Assembly (NCBI GenBank): GCA_964016885.1
Contig: CAXHJY010000623.1
Location: 1-64,000, forward strand
Reading direction: 5' to 3'
From: Eledone cirrhosa
Taxonomy: Eukaryota
Length of the DNA: 64,000 nucleotides
Part shown: piece after piece, positions 49,545 to 64,000 of the stretch
Layout: each line of letters begins with the position of its first letter
Numbering within the stretch: the stretch's first letter is position 1
Notes under the pieces: generated by a model
What the model was told of the DNA's origin: nothing
Seen by the model: only the letters and a program-made list of their open reading frames with translations
Databases searched by the model: none
Made by a program: the position numbers and the translations under genes

Positions 49545-50990
49545 CTTATTGCCTATATATGTGTGTATATATTATATATTAATGTGTATGTTTACCTGAG
49601 TGTGTTATGTATATATGTGTGTGTGTATTATATATTAATGTGTATGTGTACCTGAGTATGTTATGTATATATGTGTGTGTGTATTATATATTAATGTGTA
49701 TGTGTACCTGAGTGTGTTATGTATATATGTGTATTATATATTAATGTGTATGTGTACCTGAGTGTTTTATGTACATATGTGTGTGTGTATTATATATTAA
49801 TGTGTATGTGTACCTGAGTATGTTATGTATATATGTGTGTGTGTATTATATATTAATGTGTATGTGTACCTGCGTATGTTATGTATATATGTGTGTGTGT
49901 ATTATATATTAATGTGTATGTGTACCTGAGTGTGTTATGTATATATGTGTGTATATATTATATATTAATGTGTATGTGTACCTGAGTGTGTTATGTATAT
50001 ATGTGTATGTGTATTATATATTAATGTGTATGAGTATGTTATGTATATATGTGTATGTGTATTATATATTAATGTGTATGAGTATGTTATGTATATATGT
50101 GTATGTGTATTATATATTAATGTGTATGAGTATGTTATGTATATATGTGTATGTGTATTATATATTAATGTGTATGTGTACCTGAGTATGTTATGTATAT
50201 ATGTGTGTATATATTATATATTAATGTGTATGTGTACCTGAGTATGTTATGTATATATGTGTGTATATATTAATGTGTATGTGTACCTGAGTATGTTATG
50301 TACATATGTGTGTGTGTATTATATATTAATGTGTATGTGTACCTGAGTGTTTTATGTACATATGTGTGTGTGTATTATATATTAATGTGTATGTGTACCT
50401 GAGTGTTTTATGTATATATGTGTGTGTGTATTATATATTAATGTGTATGTGTACCTGAGTATGTTATGTATATATGTGTATTATATATTAATGTGTATGT
50501 GTACCTGAGTGTTTTATGTACATATGTGTGTGTGTATTATATATTAATGTGTATGTGTACCTGAGTATGTTATGTATATATGTGTATTATATATTAATGT
50601 GTATGTGTACCTGAGTGTTTTATGTACATATGTGTGTGTGTATTATATATTAATGAGTATGTGTACCTGAGTGTTTTATGTATATATGTGTGTGTGTATT
50701 ATATATTAATGAGTATGTGTACCTGAGTGTTTTATGTATATATGTGTGTGTGTATTATATATTAATGAGTATGTGTACCTGAGTGTTTTATGTATATATG
50801 TGTGTGTGTATTATATATTAATGAGTATGTTTACCTGAGTGTGTTATGTATATATGTGTATGTGTATTATATATTAATGAGTATGTGTACCTGAGTGTTT
50901 TATGTATATATGTATGTATATATTATATACTAATGTGTATGTTTACCTGAGTGTTTTATGTATATATGTGTATATATTATATGCTAATGT
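49545..50990. repeat. Minisatellite, ~56-bp unit, roughly 25 copies
   Basis: ACCTGAGT(G/A)TGTTATGTATATATGTGTGTGTGTATTATATATTAATGTGTATGTGT repeated. Confidence 0.9.
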
Positions 50991-51604
50991 GTATGCGTGC
51001 CTGTATTGTAAGGTGTATGTATATCTGGATGTTTTATGCATCCTATTACGTATATATATATATGTGTGTATGTATATACTATCTATTAACGTGTATATAC
51101 CCGGATCTTCATGAATTCTATTATGTAGATGTGTTTATATATTATCTGCTGATGAGTTAACTGTTTATAAATCTTGTAATACTTATTAAATTATATATTA
51201 AGAACATCCGTAAACAAGCAGATACACGCTGTGTGTGTGTGAGGGGAGGGGGTAAAATAACTGAGATTTGGGAAAGCGGATGTTCAACAAAAAAAAAGAT
51301 CGATAGATAATTCCGTTCAAGACGGTGCTCCAGCATGGCCACTGTCTAATGAATAAAACCAATAAAAGTAGAATAAAAGAAAAAAATAACTGGACCCAAC
51401 AGATCTTTTTCTCTCGTTTCTATATTTCCTGACAATCCACGATGTAGGAGTACAACAAATATTATCACTTCAGTTTATAGAGGAGCTTAATACACTACCA
51501 CTACTATTGCTATTACTACTACTACTACAATTACTACTACTACTACTACTGCTATTACTATTACTACTACTACTACAATTACTACTATTATTACTACTAC
51601 TATT

Positions 51605-52700
51605 CGTGGCTAATGATGCGCAGACACGCGCTGAAGCTGCAGCATCTCCAGATATTCTGCCTAAACGGTGAACAGGTGTGGTGGCCGCAGATCGTCTCTT
51701 TGACTGAGCTGCAGTCCTTGGTCAAGAAGAGACCGAGACTGGGTGACTGGCATCTGGAATGTTGCCAGGCACTCACAGCTCTCTACCAGGTGGGCAATGC
51801 GGTCAGTGGAACTTCCACTCTCGAGTTCTATAGAGGATTAGTGGTGGGAAAGTGCGACGACGCACTCGGAGAGACTCTGGGAGTCAACGAAGTCGAACTA
51901 ACCAGTCTGTACCGGAGGACTTTCGAGCCGGGGACGATGGATAATTTCCAAAAATCCCTCGCTTGGCAGTGCTACCGGGGGGCCCTGCCGGTTCGAAATA
52001 AACTCTACAGGCACGGAAGTGCTGTCAGACGGACCTTCCCGATATGCGCGCAGAGCGACGAAACCGTTCTGCACGCACTCGTCCAGTGTCCGTGCATTAC
52101 TGACTTGTTGAGTTATGTCGAACAGCTGTTGTCGCGTCTAGAACGGATCCGGCTATCGGCCGAGTCCATAGTGAAGATCGACCCACCGCCTTCTTTTGGC
52201 CAGGAAGGGCAGGCAATTTTCCTCTGTCTGGTGGCAGTGGCGAAAGAGGTTGTATGGAGGACGAGGTTGAAAGGACTGAAGACAGACACTTTTCTCTTCG
52301 GCCAATCCCTCATCAACTTTTTCAAGTTTCACTTGGAAAGGAAGGTGAGGGTGGAGAGAGAAGTGCTGACCCCCAGTACATTTGCTGAAAGGTGGGTGAA
52401 TGTGGCGAGAATGGCCTGTGTGAGTGGGCCTATTCTTGTCATGTAGGTGGGTAAATTTGAGGAAGAGAGAAGTGCCCTTCCAGGGTGCTCTCGAAGCGTC
52501 GGGTCGTTCAGGATTGGTGGGGTACCTGAGCGAACCCTGGGTGGTCACCCCCACCCCCTCTATTGGGGAATTTTTCTTTTTTTTTGTTACTTTGTTATTG
52601 TTATTCATATTGTTTACTCGATTTTTTTGTAAAACCCCATTGTCCCGGTCTTTTGTATTGTCCCCTATATGTCGGCCCTTGTGGCCAATAAATGAAATCA
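51605..52700 (+). mobile_element. L1/Tx1-like LINE 3' fragment (zf-RVT)
   Basis: ORF 51613-52446 with LAWQCYRGALPV..ETVLHALVQCP; same family as 5093-5873. Confidence 0.85.
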
Positions 52701-53309
52701 TTATTTTTTCGTTTTGTTCAGATTTTTCTTTTTCCATTTTTCTTTTTTTCTTTTCCTTCTTTTTCTCTTTTATTTTTCTTTATTTTTCTTCTTTCTCCTT
52801 CGCCACAACATTTGCCGGCCTCCAAAATGAGTGACTTCCTCAAATAATGAAGAAAATCATAGATGATTGATTGAAGATTCGTAGATTCGTAGATTTGTAC
52901 TCATCATATTTTGCATTCGAGACACTGTGTGTGTGTGAGATGTAATCCCAATGGAGAGCTTGCCCGTTTCAAGAAGTTGAAACAGGAGTCCTCCACTAAC
53001 TCTACCTACGTAGCATCTTATCATACACAGAGTACTAGCTGGGTTTGTAGCTTCCTTGGTTATTTCACCACAGGCGTGTGTGTGTGTGTGTGTGTTCTTC
53101 TGATTTAATTTTATAAAATTTAACCAATAGATAGAGCCGGTTTCTAACATAGATACAAGACTTTCATTGGAATTTAGATAAAACATCAACTTAGTAAATA
53201 GGTAGGTATGTCTGTGTGTATGTAGGTGTTATTGCATGTGTGAATATGTATGTTTTAAGTTATGCATACACGGGCATATGTTTCTGTATCTATACATGTG
53301 TATACGCAG

Positions 53310-53690
53310 TTATTACAAGCTGAATGTCTTAAATGTTTTACATATTTTTACTGTTCCATTAATGAACTGTTCTTGTAACTTCCTAACTAGCCACGTCCTT
53401 TCTGGTTCTGTGAAGCCCAGATTCTCAAGATATGTTCTGAAGTAGTTAGTAACATATCCCAGAGTCCCAATGATCACAGGTATAAATCTAAATGCATAGT
53501 CAGGGTGTATCTGCAGATTCCTCATCAGTTCTGCATAAATCTTCACCCATTCGTTAATCTTCAGTATTATATTAACATCTGTTGGGCAGCAGATGTCCAC
53601 TACTGTGCATAGCTTCTTTTCTCTGTCCCACATCACTGGGATCTGTTGTCACATTTAGATGTGTTAGCTGCATCTTTCGTGCAGGTATTT
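53310..53690 (-). mobile_element. R4/Dong-clade LINE 3' fragment (restriction-like endonuclease)
   Basis: MWDREKKLCTVVDICCPTD.NI..K..E..K.YAEL...FIPVIIGTLGYV, a typical RLE C-terminus. Confidence 0.75.
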
Positions 53691-53921
53691 CGTTGTTATT
53701 TCCTGTTCTTGGATTTCAAAAACATATCATCCAAAGTGAGAGTCAATATACCGGTTGTTGGTTCAAGATAGACTACACTTTGTTCATCTATATTACTCTC
53801 ACTTTGAAGCTTTCTGGCAACATATCCATGCATGATTTTTGGTGATAAACATGCAGCTTTTCATCCATGGATTCATTGCAGTATTGCTGTGAAATTTCCC
53901 ATGCATGTATGTATGTATGTA

Positions 53922-54190
53922 AGGCGCATAGCTTAGTGGTTAGAGCATTGAGCTTGTAATCGGAAGGTTGCAGTTTATTCAGTTGTAGAAACGAGTTGCA
54001 ACGTCACTGTTGTCAAACTGTATCGGCCATTGCCTTTCCCTTGGACTACACTGGTGGCGTGGAGACGTGAGACTGGTATGCATGGGTAACTGCTGGTCTT
54101 CCACAAACACACCTTGCCCAGACTTGTGCTTCGGAGGATAACTTTCTATGTGCACAACCATGGTCATTTGTGACTGAAGTCAGTCAGGTT
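53922..54190 (+). mobile_element. tRNA-derived SINE family 2 (internally deleted)
   Basis: GGCGCATAGCTTAGTGGTTAG head; body homologous to 42300-42480. Confidence 0.7.
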
Positions 54191-54420
54191 TATGTATGTA
54201 TGTATGTATGTATGTATTTATGTATGTATGTATTAATGTAAGTATGTTTTATTAATTAAGATCAGTAAGTCCAACTTAGTACACCATACTTTAGAAAATT
54301 ACAGTGTAGATATCATTACAAGGATTATTTGCGGTTAAACTGATACTGTTTCAAACAAGTTGGGCATATAAGCTCCTAGAGGTTGGAAAAAGTGGACAGC
54401 GTTGCCTGCCGGACACCCAT

Positions 54421-54460
<40 letters not shown>

Positions 54461-54713
54461 TGTGTATATCTGTTCAAAAACCTTATGCAATTAAATAACA
54501 GAGGGCTGGTAGTACATTCTATAGCCCAAACTGTTAGAATTGTGACGATTTAATTGTCTCAATTTATATAAAATACATTCGGCAAATTATTACGGCCAGT
54601 CCCTCTCTTAACATGGTAGATATTATCATATATGATATATGTCGGTTAATGAATGCCTACCAGTCCATTGTACACAGATACAGGCGGGGACACACACACA
54701 CACACGCACACGC

Positions 54714-54749
<36 letters not shown>

Positions 54750-55159
54750 CGACTTCTTCGCCAGCACACGCCCATGCACTCACACCCGCAAATACATACT
54801 CACACATACATATCACCAACATTAACAGCAGCAACACCACCAACGCAAACACCTAGTATATTTACTCACACACGCACACACATATACACACGCACACATG
54901 CATACGCACACATCACTACCAACACTAACGTCGCAACACACACACAGACATGCATATATATTACGTGTGTGTGTGTTATTGATATTGTTTTACCTTATGA
55001 CCAGCTAGCGTTCCTATCGCTCTAATCTACCTGAGAAGGTCTATGGTATGAAATCCTCCTATAAACTAAGTCAAAGGTACACGTGTCTGTGGAATGCTGA
55101 GCCATTTGCACGTTGATTTCGCGAGCAAGCTGTTCTATTGATCAAAGAAATAGAATGTT

Positions 55160-55700
55160 CGTCGTTAGAACCGACGGAGGAGCAACACGTAAACACGTCT
55201 ATATCCAATTGTATATCCTCGTGGGAACCGACGAAGGACCAACACCCAATACATGTCTATATATAAACTTATATTGACGTCAGGACCAACACAATATATT
55301 TATAACTAATCTTATATCCTCGTTGGAACTGACGGGGAACCAGCACAGAAACACATGTCTATATCTAATCCTATATCCTCGTCAGAGGCGATGGAGGGCC
55401 AACACATACACGTCTGTAACTAATCTTATATCCTCGTCAGAACCGACGGAGGACCAACACATATCTATATCTAATCTTATATCCTCGAAAGAGCCGGCGG
55501 AGGATCAACACACACACACACGTCTGTAACTATTCTTGTACCGTCGTCGGAATTGACGGAGGACCAACACACACACACACACACATATCTGTAACTATTC
55601 TTATGCCGTCGTCGGAAACGACGGAGGACCAACACATGACACATATCTATCTAATCTTATATCCTCGTCAGAGCCGACGGAGGACCATCACACAACACAC
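55160..55700. repeat. Minisatellite of ~9 hairpin-containing ~55-65-bp units
   Basis: TATATCCTCGTC(AGAACC)GACGGAGGACCAACAC repeated with variable (CA)n linkers. Confidence 0.8.
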
Positions 55701-55870
55701 TGCGTATCTATATCTCTATAATTTTACTGTTGAATGTGAAATATTTCTATTACGCATGTCTGACATTTGACATCACCCTCACATGCCGACCATATCTTCA
55801 AATATTCTTTCTAACTCCATTTCTATTGTATTATCTTACACTATCCCTCTCTCTCTCTCTCTCTCTCTCT

Positions 55871-57618
<1,748 letters not shown>

Positions 57619-57681
57619 ATGTCCCAAGGCTCTGATACCATCAACACCATAAACAGAGCTGGCATATCTAAGAACTGACTA

Positions 57682-57737
57682 ACTGCCTGATGAGGTCATA
57701 GCCATTCAATGGCTATCATCGAAATATATATAGCAGT
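57682..57737 (+). ncRNA. Type I hammerhead ribozyme (family I) in a 165-bp orphan insert
   Basis: ACTGC-CTGATGA-GGTCATAGCCAT(TCA)ATGGCTATCATC-GAAA-TATATA-TA-GCAGT; insert 57619-57783 is bounded by (TA)n on both sides. Confidence 0.85.
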
Positions 57738-57778
57738 AAATAAAGGATTATGAGTTCATGCAATTGACTTATGTTTCG

Positions 57779-57831
<53 letters not shown>

Positions 57832-58194
57832 AAAAAAGATTAAATCGAAAATGCAACTGGAGTCTTTTGAAGGATATTTATTTGGTTCCTTTACCGGTTA
57901 CGCAGTTCTTATGCTTTTCAAAAGTAGATTTGAGATGGAGGGTTTATGGTTTTTCTCGCATCTTCTTTCAAATATATATATATATATATATATATATTTG
58001 AGGACGATTTATTATAAATAGATACCTCAAATATTATATATAGGCTAAAAACTATAATTTGTAGAGCTTCATTTTTCCAAATTTATATTTAGATATAAAA
58101 ATGTACATTATATTAGAAGTAAGCATTGCAAGCTTCTCTGTATCTCTATTTCTGTCAATTACTCTATCTATATACTTATCTATCTATCTATTTG

Positions 58195-58446
58195 TGTTTA
58201 TAAGCCTGTAGGTTGAGGAAGAGAGCAAAAGGAAGACGGGAGCACTTGCACAACACGCTCCTCGAGTTGAGGGTTGTTCTATCGACGGGGTATTAAACAA
58301 CCCATTTGTGGCGCCTCCCCCCTATTGGGGATTTCGATTGTTGAAATTGTTTGTTTTTATATTTTTTTACACGACTGTATGTAAAATCCCCGGCATGTCT
58401 TTGTATTGTCCCCTTTCTTGTTGCGCCCTTGTGGCTAATAAAGAAA
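58195..58446 (+). mobile_element. L1/Tx1-like 3'UTR fragment
   Basis: AGCCTGTAGGTTGAG...CCCCTATTGGGG...TTGTCCCC..CCCTTGTGGCTAATAAAGAAA matches 5629-5873; flanked by (TCTA)n. Confidence 0.8.
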
Positions 58447-58629
58447 TCTATCTATCTATTTGTCTCTCTCTCTCTCCCTCTCCCACCCACCCCTCTCTCT
58501 CTCTCTCTCTCTTAGGGATATATATATATATATATATATATATCCCTAACTTACCACCCCATAATATAATTTAATCATATCAACTGATCATTTGATAGAT
58601 GTTTATATATAGTATGTGTTGCCAATATA

Positions 58630-59030
58630 GTTTCCATACAATGAATTAACCATCTACTTTTTCGAGCCGGTCACCGTTGAATTCTTTCTTGTTCTCTGTC
58701 TGCCTCGCCGTTTATCCTCCGAAATATTTGAGACATGGGCATCCTTCTTGAGAAATAAGACTCGTGAGTTACATTGATTGATGCAGCGTGTGTCGCTGGC
58801 TGTCCTCTGTGGTAACTTGTCTGCGGGACCCAGCTGAAATATACCGCTTAGACAGGGGTGTAGTCTGGTCCCTCAAATCCCCCTTCTTTTTCTTTTTTCT
58901 TTCTTTTTTCAATTTTCTTTTTCTTTTCCTTCTTCTTCGCTCACTTCTCTTTTTTTATTGTTTAATGTTTCCTTCCTTCTTGTTTATTATACGAAATATT
59001 TGCATCATTAAAAATAGAAAAGTTAAGGGA
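58630..59030 (+). mobile_element. Decayed CRE-like LINE 3' fragment
   Basis: FEPVTVE...LMQRVSLAVLCGN; similar to 59505-59890. Confidence 0.55.
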
Positions 59031-59286
59031 AGTAACTCAAAATGAACCAATGGCAGGAATTTGGAGAATGAACTTAAAGGATGGGTGCAAAAGAATCTTA
59101 ATTGAAATTGTCCACTTAGCTAGGATTTTGTTTCTTTTCTCTAATTGTCTTAAATTAGCGAGTCTTAAAGAAAAGGGGAAATAATTTCAAGAGATCAAGA
59201 ACTTATTTCTCAATTTAATTTAGGAAAGGTCAATCAGGCAAAGAATAACTATGGATATGTTTCTGTCTGTTAGACCTTATCAACAT

Positions 59287-59408
59287 AATAATTGTTTCTA
59301 CTATTGGCACAAGGCCAGCAATTACCCAGTACATTACTGGTACTTTATTTTATCAACCCCGTAAGGATGAAAGGCAAAGTTAACCTCGGCGAGATTTGAA
59401 CTCAGAAT
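59287..59408 (-). mobile_element. Truncated SINE family 1
   Basis: B box, body and tail. Confidence 0.8.
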
Positions 59409-59504
59409 GGCACATAATAATATTGTCTGACCAAGCTCGTTAGTCACTTAATATATTTTTACATATAGAAAAGCAGTTAATTTGGGGCCGAAATAATTTG
59501 TATA

Positions 59505-59890
59505 ATTAAGGGAGATTGTCTGGTCGCTTCCTCTTCGAACCGGTCGCTGTCGAGACCTCAAGCGTACTTGGACCCCACACTGCTCCTCCACAAGATTGGC
59601 TGCCCGTGTGAGGAAGGAACCCCGCGAGGTGGGGTGGCTGTTGTAGCGGGTGTCGCTGGCTATAGTCCGCAGGAATGCTTTTGCAGTCTTGTCCGCTGGG
59701 CGCAGCTACATTACGCCGCACCCTAGGCCCAGAGCCCAATCACCCCCTTACCTCTCTTTTCCGTTTTTTTATCTTTTCTTATTTTACATCTCAATCTTTC
59801 TTCTCAATCAAATTGTTTTTCTTTCTTTTTCTATTAAATTGTTTTATCTATTATAAACATCAATTTACTACTGTAAATAAAATAATTAAA
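59505..59890 (+). mobile_element. CRE-like LINE 3' fragment (RLE C-terminus)
   Basis: RFLFEPVAVETSSVLGP...QRVSLAIVRRNAFAVLSA, then T-rich UTR and A-rich end. Confidence 0.65.
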
Positions 59891-61169
59891 AATAAGATGG
59901 GCAAAGAGAAATAATTCAAATGTGCCAATGATAGAGGAGTGTTTGAAATGTGAAAATGTGAGTCCCAAAATGCAGAAAGTAATTGTAATAACAGTAAATA
60001 AAAGAGGATAGAATTTGATAAATTTCCCTTAGAAACGGGGGGAAAATGGACAAAACCGCCTCTGTTCATTTTTTTTTTTCTGTCTTTGAGACGGAACTAT
60101 TATCTGTTATGATCAATAGTTATTACTGTTATTTTTCTGTGTTTGGGACTATCACATTTTAAGTCCCGAAATATTAGGACAAAAGAAACAATAACAAAAA
60201 TAAACAAAGATTACCAGGTAACTAACTTTTTTCGTTACCTTCATCTGACTATATTTTGCATTGTTTAGCCTTATTACATATAATACTTTCCATATTATAT
60301 ATTATATAATACAAATTTATATAAACTTGTGATCCTTTAAGGTTCAATAATGCGTCTCTCCGATGTGTGCTGTGTGCGCCCTTGCAGGCTGTCTAGTTGG
60401 CTTGTATGGTAGCGCCTGTCGTGTCTACAGATAACATCAGAAGAGTGCCCAACTGATATTGAATATTAAATGAACACCAACGTAACTCTTCATATCTGTC
60501 GTCCCTGTTTACGTACGAGACAAGGAGGGTAACTCAAGCATACTTCGGCTGACTCACTCTCATGTTTGTAAGACTGTAAAATCGAACGCCAGACAGGTGC
60601 ATTCCTGCTTCAATGTATGTGTGTGCGTATTTGTCTGTGTACATGTGTGCGGAATTTATATATGTGCACATATGCGTATGTGTACGTGTGCTTTTTTGTG
60701 TGTGTGTTTGCGTTTGTATGCATTTATGTGCTTGCGTACGCTTGTATGTATGTCTACGTGTGCATGTGTGCGGTATTTATATATGTGCATGTGTGCGGTG
60801 AGTGCATGTACGTTTGCATTTGTGTGCATGTGTGCGTTTGTGTCTACGTGTGCATGTGCGCTTGTGTATCTGTACTTGAGTGTGTTTCTGTGCATGTGTG
60901 CATGTGTGTATGCGCACAAGTACATCTATGCGTTTGTGTATTTGTGTATGTGGGTTCGTTCATGTATGTACGCATGTGTCAGTGCGCGTGCGCACTCATT
61001 GAACTGGTTCAATATGTAACAATATTGAGGCCTTATTATGGAGGGAGGGGGGTTAAGGTGGAGGAAAAGAAATGAAAGAAAAAATATTCATCAAACGAAA
61101 CCATTTTCCCCTCCGAGAAAGCCATCGTAATAAGAGACTCTTAACTGGGTTTCTCTCCTTCAACCCCGT

Positions 61170-63348
61170 CCACCATCACCTCCACCATCACTTCCACCAT
61201 CACTATCAACAAACCTCAACACCAACATCAAAAATAACTCACACCCTACCACCACCACTACCTGCCGTCACCACCATCGCCGCCACCAACACCACCACCA
61301 CCACCACCAACACCACCACCAGTAACCTCACTATTACCACCAACACCACCACAACCTCCAACCATCACCAATACCACCACCACTAACCAACATCACCGCC
61401 ACCACCACCACCAGTAACCTCACTATTACCACCAACACCACCAGCATCGCCACCACTACCACCAACACCACCACCACCACCACTAACCTCACTATTACCA
61501 CCAACACCACCAACACCACCACCACTAACCTCACTATTACCACCACAACCACCACCACCACCACCACCACCACCACCACCACCACCACCACCACAACCAC
61601 CACCACCACTACAATATGTTCACCACCACAACCACCACCACCGCTACAATATGTCCACCACCACAACCACCACCACCACTACAATATGTCCACCACCACC
61701 ACCACTACAATGTCCACCACCACCACTACAATATGTCCACCACCACTACAATATGTCCACCACCACCACTACAATATGACCACCACCACCACCACCACCA
61801 CTACAATATGTCCACCACAACCCCACCACCACCACCTCAATATGTCCACCACCACCACCACTACAATATATCCACCACCACAACCACTACCACTATATGT
61901 CCACCACCACCACCACTACAATATGTCCACCACCACCACCACCACTACAATATGTCCACCACCACCACCACTACAATATGTCCACCACAACCCCACCACC
62001 ACCACCTCAATATGTCCACCACCACCACCACCACTACAATATGTCCACCACCACCACCACCACTACAATATGTCCACCACCACCACCACTACAATATGTC
62101 CACCACCACCACCACTACAATATGTCCACCACCACCACTACAATATGTCCACCACCACCACCACCACCACTACAATATGTCCACCACAACCCCACCACCA
62201 CCACCTCAATATGTCCACCACCACCACCACCACTACAATATGTCCACCACCACTACAATATGTCCACCACCACCACCACCACCACCACTACAATATGTCC
62301 ACCACCACAACCACTACCACTATATGTCCACCACCACTACAATATGTCCACCACCACCACCACCACTACAATATGTCCACCACCACCACCACTACAATAT
62401 GTCCACCACCACCACCACCACTACAATATGTCCACCACCACCACCACTACAATATGTCCACCACCACCACCACCACTACAATATGTCCACCACCACCACC
62501 ACTACAATATGTCCACCACCACCACCACCACTACAATATGTCCACCACCACAATCACCACTACAATATGTCCACCACCACCACCACCACTACAATATGTC
62601 CACCACCACCACCACCACTACAATATGTCCACCACCACTACAATATGTCCACCACCACCACCACTACAATATGTCCACCACCACCACCACCACTACAATA
62701 TGTCCACCACCACCACCACTACAATATGTCCACCACCACCACCACCACTACAGTGTCCACCACCACCACCACCACTACAATATGTCCACCACCACCACTA
62801 CAATATGTCCACCACCACTACAATATGTCCACCACCACTACAATATGTCCACCACCACCACCACTACAATATGTCCACCACCACCACTACAATATGTCCA
62901 CCACCACCACCACTACAATATGTCCACCACCACCACCACCACTACAGTGTCCACCACCACCACCACCACTACAATATGTCCACCACCACCACTACAATAT
63001 GTCCACCACCACTACAATATGTCCACCACCACCACCACTACAATATGTCCACAACCACCACCTCAATATGTCCACCACCACCACCACCACCACCACCACC
63101 ACTACCACCACCACAACCACCACCTCAATATGTCCACCACCACCACCACTACAATATGTCCACCACCACCACCACCACCACTACAATATGTCCACCACCA
63201 CTACAATATGTCCACCACCACTACAATATGTCCACCACAACCACCACCACCACCACAACCACCACCTCAATATGTCCACTACCACCACCACCACCACCTC
63301 AATATGTCCACCACCACCACCACTACCACCACCACCACCACCACCACC
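61170..63348. repeat. Compound satellite (CAC)n-TACAATATGTC
   Basis: Variable (CAC)n runs punctuated by a near-fixed 11-mer; explains the poly-H/P/T ORFs. Confidence 0.93.
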
Positions 63349-63803
63349 AGACGTTATATACGTTAATGAACGTCTAAAACATCGTTGTCTTCCCCGCTGT
63401 TCCTCCTTAGACACGCAACCTTTTTTTACTACATACATGTAGCTCTGTAACAATAGAGGTGTGTGTGTGTGCACGCGTGAGTGTGTGTGCACGCGTGAGT
63501 GTGTGTGCCCGCGTGCGTGTGTTGTGTGTTATGTGTGTGTGTGTGCGTGTGTGTTGTGTGTGCACGCGTGCGTGTGTTGTGTGTGTTGTGTGTGTGTGTG
63601 TGCACGCGTGTGTGTGTGTGCACGCGTGAGTGTCTGTGCATAGTGAGAGAAAAATAAACAAGGAAACAAAAATCCTAAGACTGAATATATATATACATAT
63701 ATATATATATTCAGTCTTATATATACATATGTATGTGTGTGTGTGTACAAAATGTATGTGTGTGTCTATCTAATTTGTCTGTCTGTGTGTGTGTGTGTGT
63801 GTA

Positions 63804-63852
<49 letters not shown>

Positions 63853-64000
63853 GCAAATAAACACAATGTACGTGCGTCGTTCCTCTTTAATAAACACATG
63901 CATGTCTTTGTGTAAACAGATACATGTCTCTGTCAATATGAGGTTACTTGACATGCTTTAAATAGCAGCTACAACGGTAGGACAATGAAATTATGTAATA

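Noticed and set aside
49545-50990. CRISPR-like regular array
   Set aside because: No unique spacers; eukaryotic minisatellite; no cas genes
55160-55700. CRISPR-like palindromic repeats with spacers
   Set aside because: Linkers are homologous to each other and the repeats are degenerate; tandem repeat in a eukaryotic context
60340-60600. Possible host exon
   Set aside because: No sustained ORF or recognisable motif; splice signals unconvincing
61616-63442. Poly-His/Pro/Thr ORFs as extensin- or mucin-like protein
   Set aside because: Open in all three frames with no signal peptide or unique domain; explained by the satellite

Overview
Very AT-rich, repeat-saturated animal DNA with no recognisable host gene. 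The tRNA-derived SINE families resemble those I recall from Octopus/coleoid cephalopods (inference, not a database result). About 19 kb is multi-kilobase degenerate (TA)n array, which explains all the long 'YIYIYI' ORFs (artefacts). Between the arrays sit retroelements. There are four Penelope-like elements (PLEs): a near-intact Naiad-type copy, a decayed Naiad, a Neptune-type copy and one of uncertain clade. There is also a CR1-group LINE with an intact ORF2, plus 3' fragments of L1/Tx1, RTE, R4/Dong and CRE LINEs. DNA elements include a decayed Tc1/mariner transposase, two hAT MITEs and a putative non-autonomous Helitron, alongside many SINEs and several mini-satellites. The main hidden signal is about 13 type-I hammerhead ribozyme (HHR) motifs of about 9 sequence families, folded by eye. 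Many are orphans or back-to-back palindromic pairs, several have unusually long stem II, and one ends a ~380-nt highly structured non-coding cassette wedged between two SINEs. Also notable are a candidate -1 frameshift in the LINE ORF1/ORF2 overlap and recurrent fold-back inversions at PLE junctions.
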